A DNA stretch of 64,000 bases. Origin: a virus. A program made the position numbers and the translations under genes. The notes beneath the pieces are model-generated. The model was given only the letters and a program-made list of their open reading frames with translations. It was not told the origin of the DNA and searched no databases. Positions 9,203 through 18,195 of the stretch are shown piece by piece (within the stretch, counting starts at the first letter, position 1; every line of letters starts with the position of its first letter). Where the stretch lies: the IMG/VR virus record IMGVR_UViG_3300043427_003610, positions 20,554 to 84,553 of that record; one strand, 5' to 3'.

Positions 9203-10960
9203 ATGGCCGAAGACGACAACCGACAGGAAGGTCTGAACAGCCTGTCGGCTGCGTCGGACGACCGAATCCGCTTCATCACTGCGCGCGCCACGGTTACTGA
9301 AACGACCGGGGCTGCTGCGGACGACGCGGTCCTTCAGCAGGCGATGAGGTCTGCCGCCTTCATGCCGATGGTCACGGACGGCGAGCCGACGAAGCTGTTG
9401 GTTACTGCCTGGATGGTTCACGAGGGCAAGAATAACAACAACCTCGTGTTCCGCCCCGAGGACCTGGAACCGGCCGCGGCGAAGCTGGCCTCTCCGAATT
9501 TCCTTCCGATGGACTGGAACCACAGCGCCGTCATCCCAAAGGACGGCATCCCGAAGGCGATCGGGGTGTGGTATTCGGCCGAAGCGCTGTACGACGAGGC
9601 CGCTTATGAGGGGCGCGGCGCGTTGGGGATTCAGGCGAAGGGCGTGGTCTGGGCCTGGGCGTTTCCGGAATATGCGACGGAAATGCTTTCCATTCAGCGG
9701 GAGCGTGGGTTCATCGAGTTCTCGATGGCGTGCATTCCCACCGATGTGGAGCGAGGTCGCGACCAGAACGGCGCCTACGAAATTGCCATCGATCCCGTGT
9801 TCTTCACGCTTTCTGCGCTGAACGTGCCGCCGGGTGATCCTGACGCGAAGGGTGTGGTCGAGAACATGGAAGAGGTTCCTCGGCCTGCGCCGTTGGAGTG
9901 GTGGGAGACGATGGCGGCGTCTGCCGAAGAGTTCACGGACGGAGACCTTGAGAGCGAGGCTGCTGTCGAGGTGCTGTCCGGAGCCAAGAAGTCCAAGACC
10001 GACTTCCCCACGCGTGGGGAGGACAAGGCGGTCAGCCTTCGGAACAGCCAGTGGAAGCTCTTTCCGCTGGACGAGGCGATGGATCTGAAGGAGAACTGGC
10101 CGGAAATCTGGTCTCGTGGCGGCAATATCCGCGGCAACGATCAGTTCCGCCGGTTGACCCCAGTAGCTCGTCGGGGCGGCAAGGTCACTACTGCCACCGA
10201 GGAGTATGCGGTCAGGCTCAGGGAAGCGTGGGTGGCCCGGCACTACGAGGACTTCCAGCTCCCGGGTGTGATCGCGCAGGTGAAGTGGCTTGCCATCGGC
10301 TCTCGTGGCCTCGACCACATGCGGTCAGTGATAAACGAAGCCAAGGAGCGCGTGAAGGCCCGTCGGGCATCGGCGCGCACGGAGGAGGAGACTATGGAGA
10401 ATCAGAACGACATGGCTCAGGCGGCGCTCGAGGCCGCTCTTGAGGCGAATGCGGTGCTGAAGGCTGAGGTGGAAGCGGCGGGCGTGGCGGCCGATGAGGT
10501 GCTGAACAAGGCGGCCGAGATGGAGACCAAGCTCGCGGAGATGACTGTCCGTGCTGAGGAGGCCGAGCTGAAGCGGGATGCGCTCCAGGCGGAGTTGGCG
10601 GCGGCGGTCGAGCAGCTTTCGGCTGTGGTGGCCGAGTTCGAGACGGCCAAGGTGCAGCTCGCTGAGATCGCTGCGGAGCAGGAGAAGCTCGCGATTGAGC
10701 AGCGCTGGACTGCCCGCTTCGCGGAGCTGCCGGAGTCGTACCGTGCCGCGTTCGGCAAGCGGTCGGAGGATGAGCAGGACCGTTTTAAGACTCGCTGGTC
10801 GGTGGCTTCGGATGAGGCCTGGGGCGAGTTCAAGAGTGACCTGATTGTCGGGTTTGCTGATACGAAGATCAGCTACCTGAAGCTCTCCGAGGAGGAGGGC
10901 GCTCTGCCTGCTGGCAGTGTCACGGACCTGGGCGCCAAGGTTTCGGCGCTCATCAAGTAA
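9203..10960 (+). CDS. Capsid maturation protease/scaffold fusion with an inserted domain
   Basis: N-terminal NNNNLVF..PMDWNH..IEFSMAC protease-like region; C-terminal coiled coil; lies upstream of decoration and MCP genes; SD GGAGG before ATG 9203. Confidence 0.7.
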   Translation: MAEDDNRQEGLNSLSAASDDRIRFITARATVTETTGAAADDAVLQQAMRSAAFMPMVTDGEPTKLLVTAWMVHEGKNNNNLVFRPEDLEPAAAKLASPNFLPMDWNHSAVIPKDGIPKAIGVWYSAEALYDEAAYEGRGALGIQAKGVVWAWAFPEYATEMLSIQRERGFIEFSMACIPTDVERGRDQNGAYEIAIDPVFFTLSALNVPPGDPDAKGVVENMEEVPRPAPLEWWETMAASAEEFTDGDLESEAAVEVLSGAKKSKTDFPTRGEDKAVSLRNSQWKLFPLDEAMDLKENWPEIWSRGGNIRGNDQFRRLTPVARRGGKVTTATEEYAVRLREAWVARHYEDFQLPGVIAQVKWLAIGSRGLDHMRSVINEAKERVKARRASARTEEETMENQNDMAQAALEAALEANAVLKAEVEAAGVAADEVLNKAAEMETKLAEMTVRAEEAELKRDALQAELAAAVEQLSAVVAEFETAKVQLAEIAAEQEKLAIEQRWTARFAELPESYRAAFGKRSEDEQDRFKTRWSVASDEAWGEFKSDLIVGFADTKISYLKLSEEEGALPAGSVTDLGAKVSALIK

Positions 10961-10994
10961 CCCGCGATAGCGGCAACCCTGTAGGAGGAAAACT

Positions 10995-11492
10995 ATGAAG
11001 CTGCACATTGCGAATTTCTACGACGCGCCGCGTCACACCGCCTTCGCGGGCGAGGCCATCGCTCTCGGCGCGGTCATCAAGATCGACCAGGGCCCGGCCG
11101 GTGAGCGTCGCGCTCTCCAGGTGACGGACGCGGATTCCGCGCTCCTCGTCGCTGGCAAGTACGGCGTGGCCGTCAAGGTCTCGGCGGACCAGCTCCAGGT
11201 GTCGGAGACGCTCTACGGCGTCCCGGCTGATTGGGGCTCCCGCGTGGTCGCGATCGCCTCGGGCGACGCGATCGTCCAGGTCGGCAAGGGCGCGATCATC
11301 GAGTACGAGCCGTCCCTGCTCCACGCTTCGCTCGACCCGGCTAACGGCGGCGCGCTGCCGACGGTTGGCACGGCTCTCGGCCTCAAGGGCGGGAAGTTCT
11401 GCACCACTGCCACGGCCAGCGCGATCACCAACCCGGTGGTCGGCCGTGTGTTCGACGTGCTCGGCGGCAAGGTCCGCATCGAGCTGGTCTAA
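10995..11492 (+). CDS. Capsid decoration/cement protein
   Basis: Small Ala/Gly/Val-rich beta protein between scaffold and MCP; AGEAIALGAVI and VVGRV motifs; strong SD and strong codon bias. Confidence 0.65.
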   Translation: MKLHIANFYDAPRHTAFAGEAIALGAVIKIDQGPAGERRALQVTDADSALLVAGKYGVAVKVSADQLQVSETLYGVPADWGSRVVAIASGDAIVQVGKGAIIEYEPSLLHASLDPANGGALPTVGTALGLKGGKFCTTATASAITNPVVGRVFDVLGGKVRIELV

Positions 11493-11533
11493 ATAAGACC
11501 TGGACCTTGATCACCGAATAGGAGGAATCACAC

Positions 11534-12502
11534 ATGCAGTTCAAGACGGCGAATCGGACCGCGGCTGAGATCGCGGACCATAAGGCGGAGCTGGACCGGA
11601 TCTTCAAGGCGGCTGTCGGCCACGACAAGAAGGGCCGCATCGATCCGAAGGGGCTCAAGGAGCTTGAGTCCAACAAGTTCGAGATCGCGCAGCTTGTCGT
11701 CCAGCTCGTGGAGGACACTGTGGCGGTCACCGACCCGACCCCGTTCATGGTCGATCGGCGCACCTACAACCTTGGCGACCAGATCCTCTTCCAGGAGATG
11801 AAGGGCGACCTCAAGGTCACCAAGCGTGCCTATGGCACGAAGGCGCTCTCGCAGCGTCTTACGAAGGCTGAGTGGGGCATGACCACCTCGGCCAAGGAAC
11901 TCGCCATGGAAATCCCGCTCGAGGAGATTGCCTCGGGTGCCATGTCGGCCTCTGATGCGGTGAACTCGATGGCCGAGGCCATCAACCGCTACAACGTCCA
12001 GTTCGTGCTCGACGGCATCGACGCCGGTGTTCCGGCGCTCACCGGCGACCGGACCGGGCTGAACGGCTTCACGCTCCGCTACAGCGGGCTCACCAAGGAC
12101 AACCTCGAGAAGGCCCTCGACGGCCTCAAGGACGACGGCGAGGCGCCGAGCATCTTCGGCCGCCACACGGCGCTCTATCCCGAGATCCGTAGCTTCCAGG
12201 GCTGGTCGGACGAGGGGCTCCGTGAGTTCGAGCTTCGCGGCGTGACCGGCGTCTTCCAGGGCTCCCCGGTGGTGACCCTGGTCGACAAGTTCTCGCGCAA
12301 GTTCGGGTCGCACGTGATCCGCAACGACCGCGTGTACATCGCTGGCGGCACGAAGGGCGCCGTCATGGCCGAGGTCGACCTCAGCTTCCTCAACTACGCT
12401 GAGACCGATCCCCGCGCTGGCGTCTTCACGACCGGCATGCGCATGGAGTCCGGCCTCCTGGTCTGGAACCCGTACGCCTACCGCATCATCGAGATCGCGT
12501 AA
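11534..12502 (+). CDS. Major capsid protein
   Basis: 322 aa, highly biased codons, SD AGGAGG, position after scaffold/decoration, followed by a strong hairpin. Confidence 0.8.
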   Translation: MQFKTANRTAAEIADHKAELDRIFKAAVGHDKKGRIDPKGLKELESNKFEIAQLVVQLVEDTVAVTDPTPFMVDRRTYNLGDQILFQEMKGDLKVTKRAYGTKALSQRLTKAEWGMTTSAKELAMEIPLEEIASGAMSASDAVNSMAEAINRYNVQFVLDGIDAGVPALTGDRTGLNGFTLRYSGLTKDNLEKALDGLKDDGEAPSIFGRHTALYPEIRSFQGWSDEGLREFELRGVTGVFQGSPVVTLVDKFSRKFGSHVIRNDRVYIAGGTKGAVMAEVDLSFLNYAETDPRAGVFTTGMRMESGLLVWNPYAYRIIEIA

Positions 12503-12527
12503 GCATCTCGTGCAGGAATAACGACCT

Positions 12528-12560
12528 GGGGACCGGCTTCGGCCGGTCCCCTTGTCGTTT
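12528..12560 (+). terminator. Terminator-like hairpin after MCP
   Basis: GGGGACCGGC-TTCG-GCCGGTCCCC perfect 10-bp stem with cUUCGg loop, then TTGTCGTTT. Confidence 0.8.
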
Positions 12561-12567
12561 CCTGGAG

Positions 12568-12594
12568 GTAAGGTTTTGGGAAGTTCCGTCAATT
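12568..12594 (+). promoter_or_regulatory. Class A phage promoter
   Basis: GTAAG gttttgggaagttcc GTCAATT. Confidence 0.75.
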
Positions 12595-12641
12595 TATAGG
12601 CATGGGTGTGTCCCGAGCGCACCGCTTTTGACGGCTGGTCA

Positions 12642-12650
12642 CGACTTATT
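12642..12650 (+). promoter_or_regulatory. Class B motif CGACTTATT
   Basis: Exact 9-mer, intergenic, within the imperfect hairpin GGTCaCGAC-TTATT-GTCGgGACC. Confidence 0.62.
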
Positions 12651-12713
12651 GTCGGGACCTCGAGTTTCGGGGACCTGGGCAGGACACTAGCGCTAGAGGC
12701 GCGGGAGAACACA

Positions 12714-13436
12714 ATGGCGAGAAAGTCTGAGCAGGATAAGCTGGCTGAGCTGGAGTCGCGGTACGCCAAGGCGCTGGAGACCATCGAGCGGATGGCCCAG
12801 CAGCAGGCGCAGATGGCGGCGCAGCTCGGGGCCAGCAGCAAGCAGTACAGCGGCGGTCAGCTGGTCGTCGGGATTCGTAACGTCTCGAACTACAGCGTCG
12901 GGCTGATCGACAAGACGTCCGGGCAGGCGATCGAGTACAACCTCAATCCCGAGATCGAGGGGTCGGCGGACCCGCGGACTTCCGCGGTCGTCAGCTACGC
13001 CTTCTGGCAGCAGCTCCGGACCGGTAACCAGGTCGGTCGTGGGCTCATCGTTCGGGATGACTCGATCCTCGGCCCGGCCGAGAATGCGGCCCCGGAGGAT
13101 CGCCCGCAGGACGTGCATCCGGATCACGCGAAGAACGTGATCATGAACGTTCGGGAGTGGATCCTCAGCCGCACGGAAGACCAGCTGCGCGAGGACATCA
13201 CGGCGATGACGTCCGAGCCCAGCCTGCGTCGCCTGCAGTACGCGGTGGACCAGGAGATCCTGCGGATCGGCGAGTCGAAGTACAACGGGGACCCCGAGCG
13301 GGCCCGTAAGGCCATCCGCGACCTTCCGGCGGTGTTCCGGGTCGTGGAGGAGTTGGCGGACGAGCGGCTCGACGAGCTGAACCCGGTGAGCAAGGTCCGC
13401 CACCTCGAGCTGGAAGGTAGCCTGAAGGCCCGATAA
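12714..13436 (+). CDS. Hypothetical phage protein (head-associated region)
   Basis: ATG 12714 with SD GGGAG; phage-like codon usage. Confidence 0.65.
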   Translation: MARKSEQDKLAELESRYAKALETIERMAQQQAQMAAQLGASSKQYSGGQLVVGIRNVSNYSVGLIDKTSGQAIEYNLNPEIEGSADPRTSAVVSYAFWQQLRTGNQVGRGLIVRDDSILGPAENAAPEDRPQDVHPDHAKNVIMNVREWILSRTEDQLREDITAMTSEPSLRRLQYAVDQEILRIGESKYNGDPERARKAIRDLPAVFRVVEELADERLDELNPVSKVRHLELEGSLKAR

Positions 13437-13460
13437 GCATAACGCGCGGAGGAAGCGGCT

Positions 13461-13901
13461 GTGACGACTGACCAGTGGATGAAGATGCTTCGTAGGAAGC
13501 TCAATGACGTCGACACGGCCGCCCAGCGCCGTACGGACGCCCAGCTCTTGGCCACGGCGGAAGACGTGCGCTTTGAGCTGGCGGTCCGTGAGGTGAAGGA
13601 TTTTGGTTCCGTGACGGTCGGGACCAACAAGCAGGACGTCGCGAATTACGGCATCAAGAACGCCTCGGACGCGCAGATGGCCATCATGATCTACGGGGTG
13701 GCCTACGAGGTCCTGTCGTCCACCTACCGGGAGCGGGTCGACCGCGGCGAGCTGGGCATCAGCTGGCGCTCGGGGCTTGAGGAAGAGTCGACCATCTCGG
13801 CGGAGAAGGCCTACAAGGCCATGCTGGACGACGTCCGGTACAGCTACGAGCAGCTCCTGATCACGTATCAGCGGACCACGGCTAACGCCAGGAAGCACTA
13901 A
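13461..13901 (+). CDS. Putative head-tail adaptor
   Basis: Helical protein with LRRKLND..RTDAQL pattern; synteny after capsid genes. Confidence 0.55.
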   Translation: MTTDQWMKMLRRKLNDVDTAAQRRTDAQLLATAEDVRFELAVREVKDFGSVTVGTNKQDVANYGIKNASDAQMAIMIYGVAYEVLSSTYRERVDRGELGISWRSGLEEESTISAEKAYKAMLDDVRYSYEQLLITYQRTTANARKH

Positions 13902-14383
13902 TGCCGGTCAGCGGCAATCGCGTGACCGAGCGGGTCATCAAGCGGATTCGTGAGAGCGAGTATCGCCTCACGGTCTACTATCCGATCGCGAAGACCAAGC
14001 CGACTGGCAACGTCCCGGTTTCCCTGCCCGTCTCTCCGCTCCTGGCTGCCCCAAACCCGCAGCCGGAGAGCGGGGAAGACCCCGAGCGCATCCTGCCCGA
14101 GGTCACCCTCCAGTGCTTGCTGACCGAGGTGTCGCTCATGGGCGAATACCGCCGGGATCGCATGGAGGTGGAGGTGGGCGGCTGGAGCCGTGAGACGACC
14201 GCCCTGGCCCGCGTGATCGCCTCGGAGGCCGCCCTGTCCACCGGCGGGACGGTGTTCGACGGGTGCGACTTCGTGGAGGTCAACGGGAGCAGGTACAAGG
14301 TCCTCAACGTCGTTCGCCAGACGGCGAGTACGACGAAACTGGGCACGTTTTACGTCTTGCTAACGGGGGCCGTCAAGTCGTGA
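13901..14383 (+). CDS. Putative head closure (stopper) protein
   Basis: Beta-rich, with DFVEVNGSRYKVLNV pattern; synteny. Confidence 0.55.
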   Translation: MPVSGNRVTERVIKRIRESEYRLTVYYPIAKTKPTGNVPVSLPVSPLLAAPNPQPESGEDPERILPEVTLQCLLTEVSLMGEYRRDRMEVEVGGWSRETTALARVIASEAALSTGGTVFDGCDFVEVNGSRYKVLNVVRQTASTTKLGTFYVLLTGAVKS

Positions 14384-14601
14384 GCACGGTGAAAGGGGAG
14401 GAGCAGAGGCGGATTGAAGCCGAGGTAAACGCCACGATCAAGCTGCTGATGGGCACGATGGAGGAGCTGGCGGCGCTGGACCCCCTAGAGGCGGGACAGC
14501 CACTGGCCTTCAACGACCTGAGAAATCAGGTGATCCGCCGGGTGTGGAACCTGGCTAAGGAGTGTATCCGGTATGGCGCTAGCGGCGTTCACGACGTCTA
14601 A
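14380..14601 (+). CDS. Small hypothetical protein
   Basis: GTGA-coupled start; fills the gap between neck genes. Confidence 0.5.
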   Translation: MSTVKGEEQRRIEAEVNATIKLLMGTMEELAALDPLEAGQPLAFNDLRNQVIRRVWNLAKECIRYGASGVHDV

Positions 14602-15202
14602 CCTCACCAACAGCATGGCGGACAAGCTGGCCACCGAGCTGTTGGCGGCTGGCTACCTGCTGTACTGGCTCTCCCTGGACGCCCTCCAGACCGCTGACGG
14701 GGTCTACCTGAACTATCAGGCCAACCAGGCCTCGATTCTACAGGACGTGGATGTGGCCGAGGAGCTGGCTAGCTCCAAGGGAATCCTCACGTTGCGGAAT
14801 GACGACTTTTCGTTTCCGCAGTATCCGACTCGACCTACTAGCGATGGGGCTGTAGCTGCGCCGGAAGACATCCCGGTTCCGGCCATTGCCTTGCGCGTTC
14901 AGCATATGCCCAACGGGCGTCTGCTGGGCATCGGATCGAGAGAGCGGGCTCGCTTTGCGAGCCTTGAGCTATACGGTCTCGCGCGAGACAAGGGCGAACA
15001 GCTTTATCTGACGGACGTGCTTCGGGTGGCATTCGACGAGAGCCAGTTCCTTTCGGTCCTGGATCATGATGCAGGAACGCGAGCCTCCGTGGGAGCAGTA
15101 GAAGTGCAACGAACGGAAGTGGGCACGTTGATTTACCCGCTTGGCCCTGAGAGCAGGGCCTTTGAATTCACGTTGAACGCGCGCCTCCGTTACGAGGCGT
15201 AG
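14573..15202 (+). CDS. Putative tail terminator/completion protein
   Basis: Directly upstream of the major tail protein; PAIAL..ELYGLARDKGEQLYLTD pattern. Confidence 0.5.
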   Translation: MALAAFTTSNLTNSMADKLATELLAAGYLLYWLSLDALQTADGVYLNYQANQASILQDVDVAEELASSKGILTLRNDDFSFPQYPTRPTSDGAVAAPEDIPVPAIALRVQHMPNGRLLGIGSRERARFASLELYGLARDKGEQLYLTDVLRVAFDESQFLSVLDHDAGTRASVGAVEVQRTEVGTLIYPLGPESRAFEFTLNARLRYEA

Positions 15203-15256
15203 GCAGAGTGATCGCCAGTCTCGTGACGCGATCGACAACCACAGGAGGATAGGGAA

Positions 15257-16747
15257 ATGGCAGTGACTCAGGTTCTCGGTACTGATAAGGCGCTGCGCCT
15301 TAACAACTACAACACGCTCGGACTCGTCCAGAACTTCAACTGGGCCCCGAACTTCAACGCGCAGGACGTGAACGAACTCGGTCGCACGACCCGCGTTGAC
15401 ACCCTGCTCGAGCTGGAGACCTCCGGCTCGTTCGAGCTGCAGTCGCCCGGCAACCTCGCCGGTGTGATTGCGCGCATGAAGTCGGAGTACTCCGCTGGCC
15501 AGTTCAACGGCTACAAGTACAACCCGGTTGCGTCCGGCGCTACGCTCGGTTCGAACGGCTACACCTTCACGCAGGACGACCTCGCGCAGCTCAAGTTCGA
15601 CGCGATCATCCACGAGAAGACGGAGCAGTCGACCTTCAACCGCTCGGTCTACCTCGGGTGCTGCTACCCGACGACCATCTCCGGCCGCGTCGACGCGAAC
15701 GGCATGGCGATGGACACCGTCAACTGGGCCGGTCAGTTCGTCGTTGGGTTCCCGACGCCGTACCATGACATCCGCTCGGTTGCGGCCAAGTACGCCACCA
15801 GCACGACGGCGACCCTGCTCGACGTCACCTACAGCACGGCCAGCAACTGGAAGCTCGCCTACGTCTCGGTCGAGGGCATCCCCTTCACCGCGGTCGCCGC
15901 GGTTTCCACGGCGAACATCGCGAACCTCTCGGCCCCGGGCTCGACCTTCGCGGTCGGCACGCCGGTGGCTGGTGACCGCGTCCTCCTGACCGGTCAGACC
16001 ACGACCTCGCAGAACGGCCTCTATCGCTACAACGGCGCGGCCTCGCCGCTCACGCTCCTCGCGGGCGCTGGCGCGTCGTACGCCGTCATGAACACCACGA
16101 CCATCAGCCTCTACGGCGGTGCCTCGATCCCGTCCGGAGCCCACGTCCAGGCGGTGGTCTTCAAGGCGGTCTCGCCGACCACCAGCTGGGCCTCGGTCCA
16201 CACCCCGGACACGATCGGCGCTGGCGCGACCCTCGTCAGCGGCATCCGCGGCTTCCAGGCGAACGTCTACATCGCCCCGGCCAACGCGGCGGCCCCGACC
16301 GGGACCGAGCAGTGGCTCAAGGTGCAGTCGCTCGACTACAACATCGACTTCCGGGTTGAGGCGCTCCGCCAGATCGCGTTCAACACCCAGGGGTCCTCGA
16401 TCTACAGCCGCGTCCCGACCTTCCCCTTCCAGACCTCGGTCAACGCCACGGTCAACGAGGCGGATTGGGCCGACTGGAAGCAGCTCACGAACAGCACCAA
16501 GAAGGCCTTCAACTCGTCCAACGACTGGTACGACAACAGCTACGACTTCGCTCCGAACAACCTCGACTCGACCTTCGCGGTCGTGGTCGACTACCTGACG
16601 AAGGACGGCACCCTCATTCAGCGCCTGACCTTCGGCGACCTCCGGGTCGACGGGATGGGCAGCCGGGTCGCGGTGGGCGGCCGTGGCGAGATCACCTGGA
16701 GCTTCCGCGGGTCGCAGTTCACGATCGCGGGCACCAACATCGCGTAA
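15257..16747 (+). CDS. Major tail (tube) protein with an inserted domain
   Basis: Highly biased codons, SD AGGAGG, GLVQNFNW..QDVNELG pattern, followed by a terminator and then chaperone/TMP genes. Confidence 0.75.
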   Translation: MAVTQVLGTDKALRLNNYNTLGLVQNFNWAPNFNAQDVNELGRTTRVDTLLELETSGSFELQSPGNLAGVIARMKSEYSAGQFNGYKYNPVASGATLGSNGYTFTQDDLAQLKFDAIIHEKTEQSTFNRSVYLGCCYPTTISGRVDANGMAMDTVNWAGQFVVGFPTPYHDIRSVAAKYATSTTATLLDVTYSTASNWKLAYVSVEGIPFTAVAAVSTANIANLSAPGSTFAVGTPVAGDRVLLTGQTTTSQNGLYRYNGAASPLTLLAGAGASYAVMNTTTISLYGGASIPSGAHVQAVVFKAVSPTTSWASVHTPDTIGAGATLVSGIRGFQANVYIAPANAAAPTGTEQWLKVQSLDYNIDFRVEALRQIAFNTQGSSIYSRVPTFPFQTSVNATVNEADWADWKQLTNSTKKAFNSSNDWYDNSYDFAPNNLDSTFAVVVDYLTKDGTLIQRLTFGDLRVDGMGSRVAVGGRGEITWSFRGSQFTIAGTNIA

Positions 16748-16768
16748 GTCACCACACGCGAGTAACGA

Positions 16769-16801
16769 GCCGCCGCCCCACAAGGGCGGCGGTTTCGTTT
16801 T
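16769..16801 (+). terminator. Intrinsic terminator
   Basis: GCCGCCGCCC-cacaa-GGGCGGCGGT then TTCGTTTT. Confidence 0.8.
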
Positions 16802-16815
16802 AGGTCCGCCCGAAG

Positions 16816-16824
16816 CGACTTATT
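16816..16824 (+). promoter_or_regulatory. Class B motif CGACTTATT
   Basis: Exact 9-mer just downstream of the terminator and upstream of the tail chaperone gene. Confidence 0.65.
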
Positions 16825-16886
16825 GACGACGGTATGGCGCACCCGTAGTGCGCAGGGAACACAACACGGCAGAGCCGGGGGAGACT

Positions 16887-17978
16887 ATGGACGAGCAGAC
16901 GCGCAAGCGACTGGACAGCGTACTGGAAGACGAGCTGCAGCGGGGCTATCGGATCAAGGAATTGCCGGAAGCGCTGCAGAAGCAGCTCGAGTTTGAATGC
17001 GGGGCCGCGGTATCGCGGGTCCGCTTTACGCGTTTGAACCCGGCCAAGCGCCGGAAGATCGCGCAGGTGGTTCAGCGCCAGTACCACAAGGACCTGCAGA
17101 ACTCGGACATCCTGAGCCATGAGCAGATCCTGAAGCTCGTCCAGGAGCGCGGGGAGTGGAACTCCGGCATGGACGAGGAGATGAAAACCCTGCAGCAGTC
17201 CACGGCCCGGGACATGGGCGACCTGTTCGTGGACGGCGTCGCCCAGGACAGCTGGACGATCGACCTGCTCGAGGCGGCCAGCGCTTTCCGGAAGAAGGTC
17301 GAGGACCTGGTGCCGAAGGCTGAGCAGGAGGCGGTCATTGACCGCTTCAACCGCTGGCTCGAGTACTCGCCGGACCGGAAGGGCTTCTACACCGAGCAGT
17401 ATGCCGCCTCCCAGAGCAAGGAGGCCTACAGCCCCGATTACGACCTGCACAAGCTGATGCAGGAGGTTTCGGATATCGAGGCCGCGGAAAGCCTCAACAC
17501 GATCGACGAGCTGCGGGACAAGCTGACCCGGTACGTGAAGCTCCAGAAGGACCGGCTCCGTCTGGCCGAGATGCAGCTCAAGCACGCCAAGATCTTCGCG
17601 GACTCGGTGGAGCAGCGCCGGGACAACGCGGAGGAGATGGCCCGCCTCTATTTCACCACCGAGGTGGTGGACGAGGCCGACAAGCCGGTGGCCCCGCTGG
17701 TCCCGGAGTTCGACCAGCTCTGGGACTTTCCGGAGCCGGTGATCCAGTGGTTCCTGGTCGAGGCGTACTTCTTCCTCAACGGCATTCCCGATGAGGCCAG
17801 GGAGTATCTGCAGACCTTCGGTTTTCTCGCGGCGGACGCGGGCAAGGAGACGATCTCAGCGAATGGGGAGTCCGAGCAATCCGCCGAATCGCCCGCTCCG
17901 CCGACTTCCAAGCTCGACTCAAGTCCTGTGGAGGAGACGCTCTCCGTCTCTACGGCGTCCGGAGTGGCTACGACCTAG
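16887..17978 (+). CDS. Tail assembly chaperone (gpG-like)
   Basis: Acidic helical protein between tail tube and TMP; SD GGGGAG before ATG 16887. Confidence 0.6.
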   Translation: MDEQTRKRLDSVLEDELQRGYRIKELPEALQKQLEFECGAAVSRVRFTRLNPAKRRKIAQVVQRQYHKDLQNSDILSHEQILKLVQERGEWNSGMDEEMKTLQQSTARDMGDLFVDGVAQDSWTIDLLEAASAFRKKVEDLVPKAEQEAVIDRFNRWLEYSPDRKGFYTEQYAASQSKEAYSPDYDLHKLMQEVSDIEAAESLNTIDELRDKLTRYVKLQKDRLRLAEMQLKHAKIFADSVEQRRDNAEEMARLYFTTEVVDEADKPVAPLVPEFDQLWDFPEPVIQWFLVEAYFFLNGIPDEAREYLQTFGFLAADAGKETISANGESEQSAESPAPPTSKLDSSPVEETLSVSTASGVATT

Positions 17979-18193
17979 ACGACGCGCAGATGACGGTGTT
18001 GGGGTACGCGAGGTTCTACGACTCCATCGCCTCCATGCTGCCTTCGGACAAGCCGTCGGACGACGTAATTGAGAACGACGCCGAGCTGGACCGGTGGTAC
18101 CAGAACTACGTCCGTGAGATGGCGATCAAGTCTGGAAAGAAGCAGAAGGTCGGGGGTGACTCGCAGGTTCCCATGTACGATCCATCCAAGTAA
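17822..18193 (+). CDS. Tail chaperone C-terminal part (gpT-like), probably reached by -1 frameshift
   Basis: The -1 frame is open from 17795; it reads ..IRRIARSADFQARLK..DLDDAQMTVLGYARFYDSI..DDVIENDAELDRWY, and its first ATG is only at 17990. Confidence 0.55.
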   Translation, partial: FSRGGRGQGDDLSEWGVRAIRRIARSADFQARLKSCGGDALRLYGVRSGYDLDDAQMTVLGYARFYDSIASMLPSDKPSDDVIENDAELDRWYQNYVREMAIKSGKKQKVGGDSQVPMYDPSK

Positions 18194-18195
18194 CC

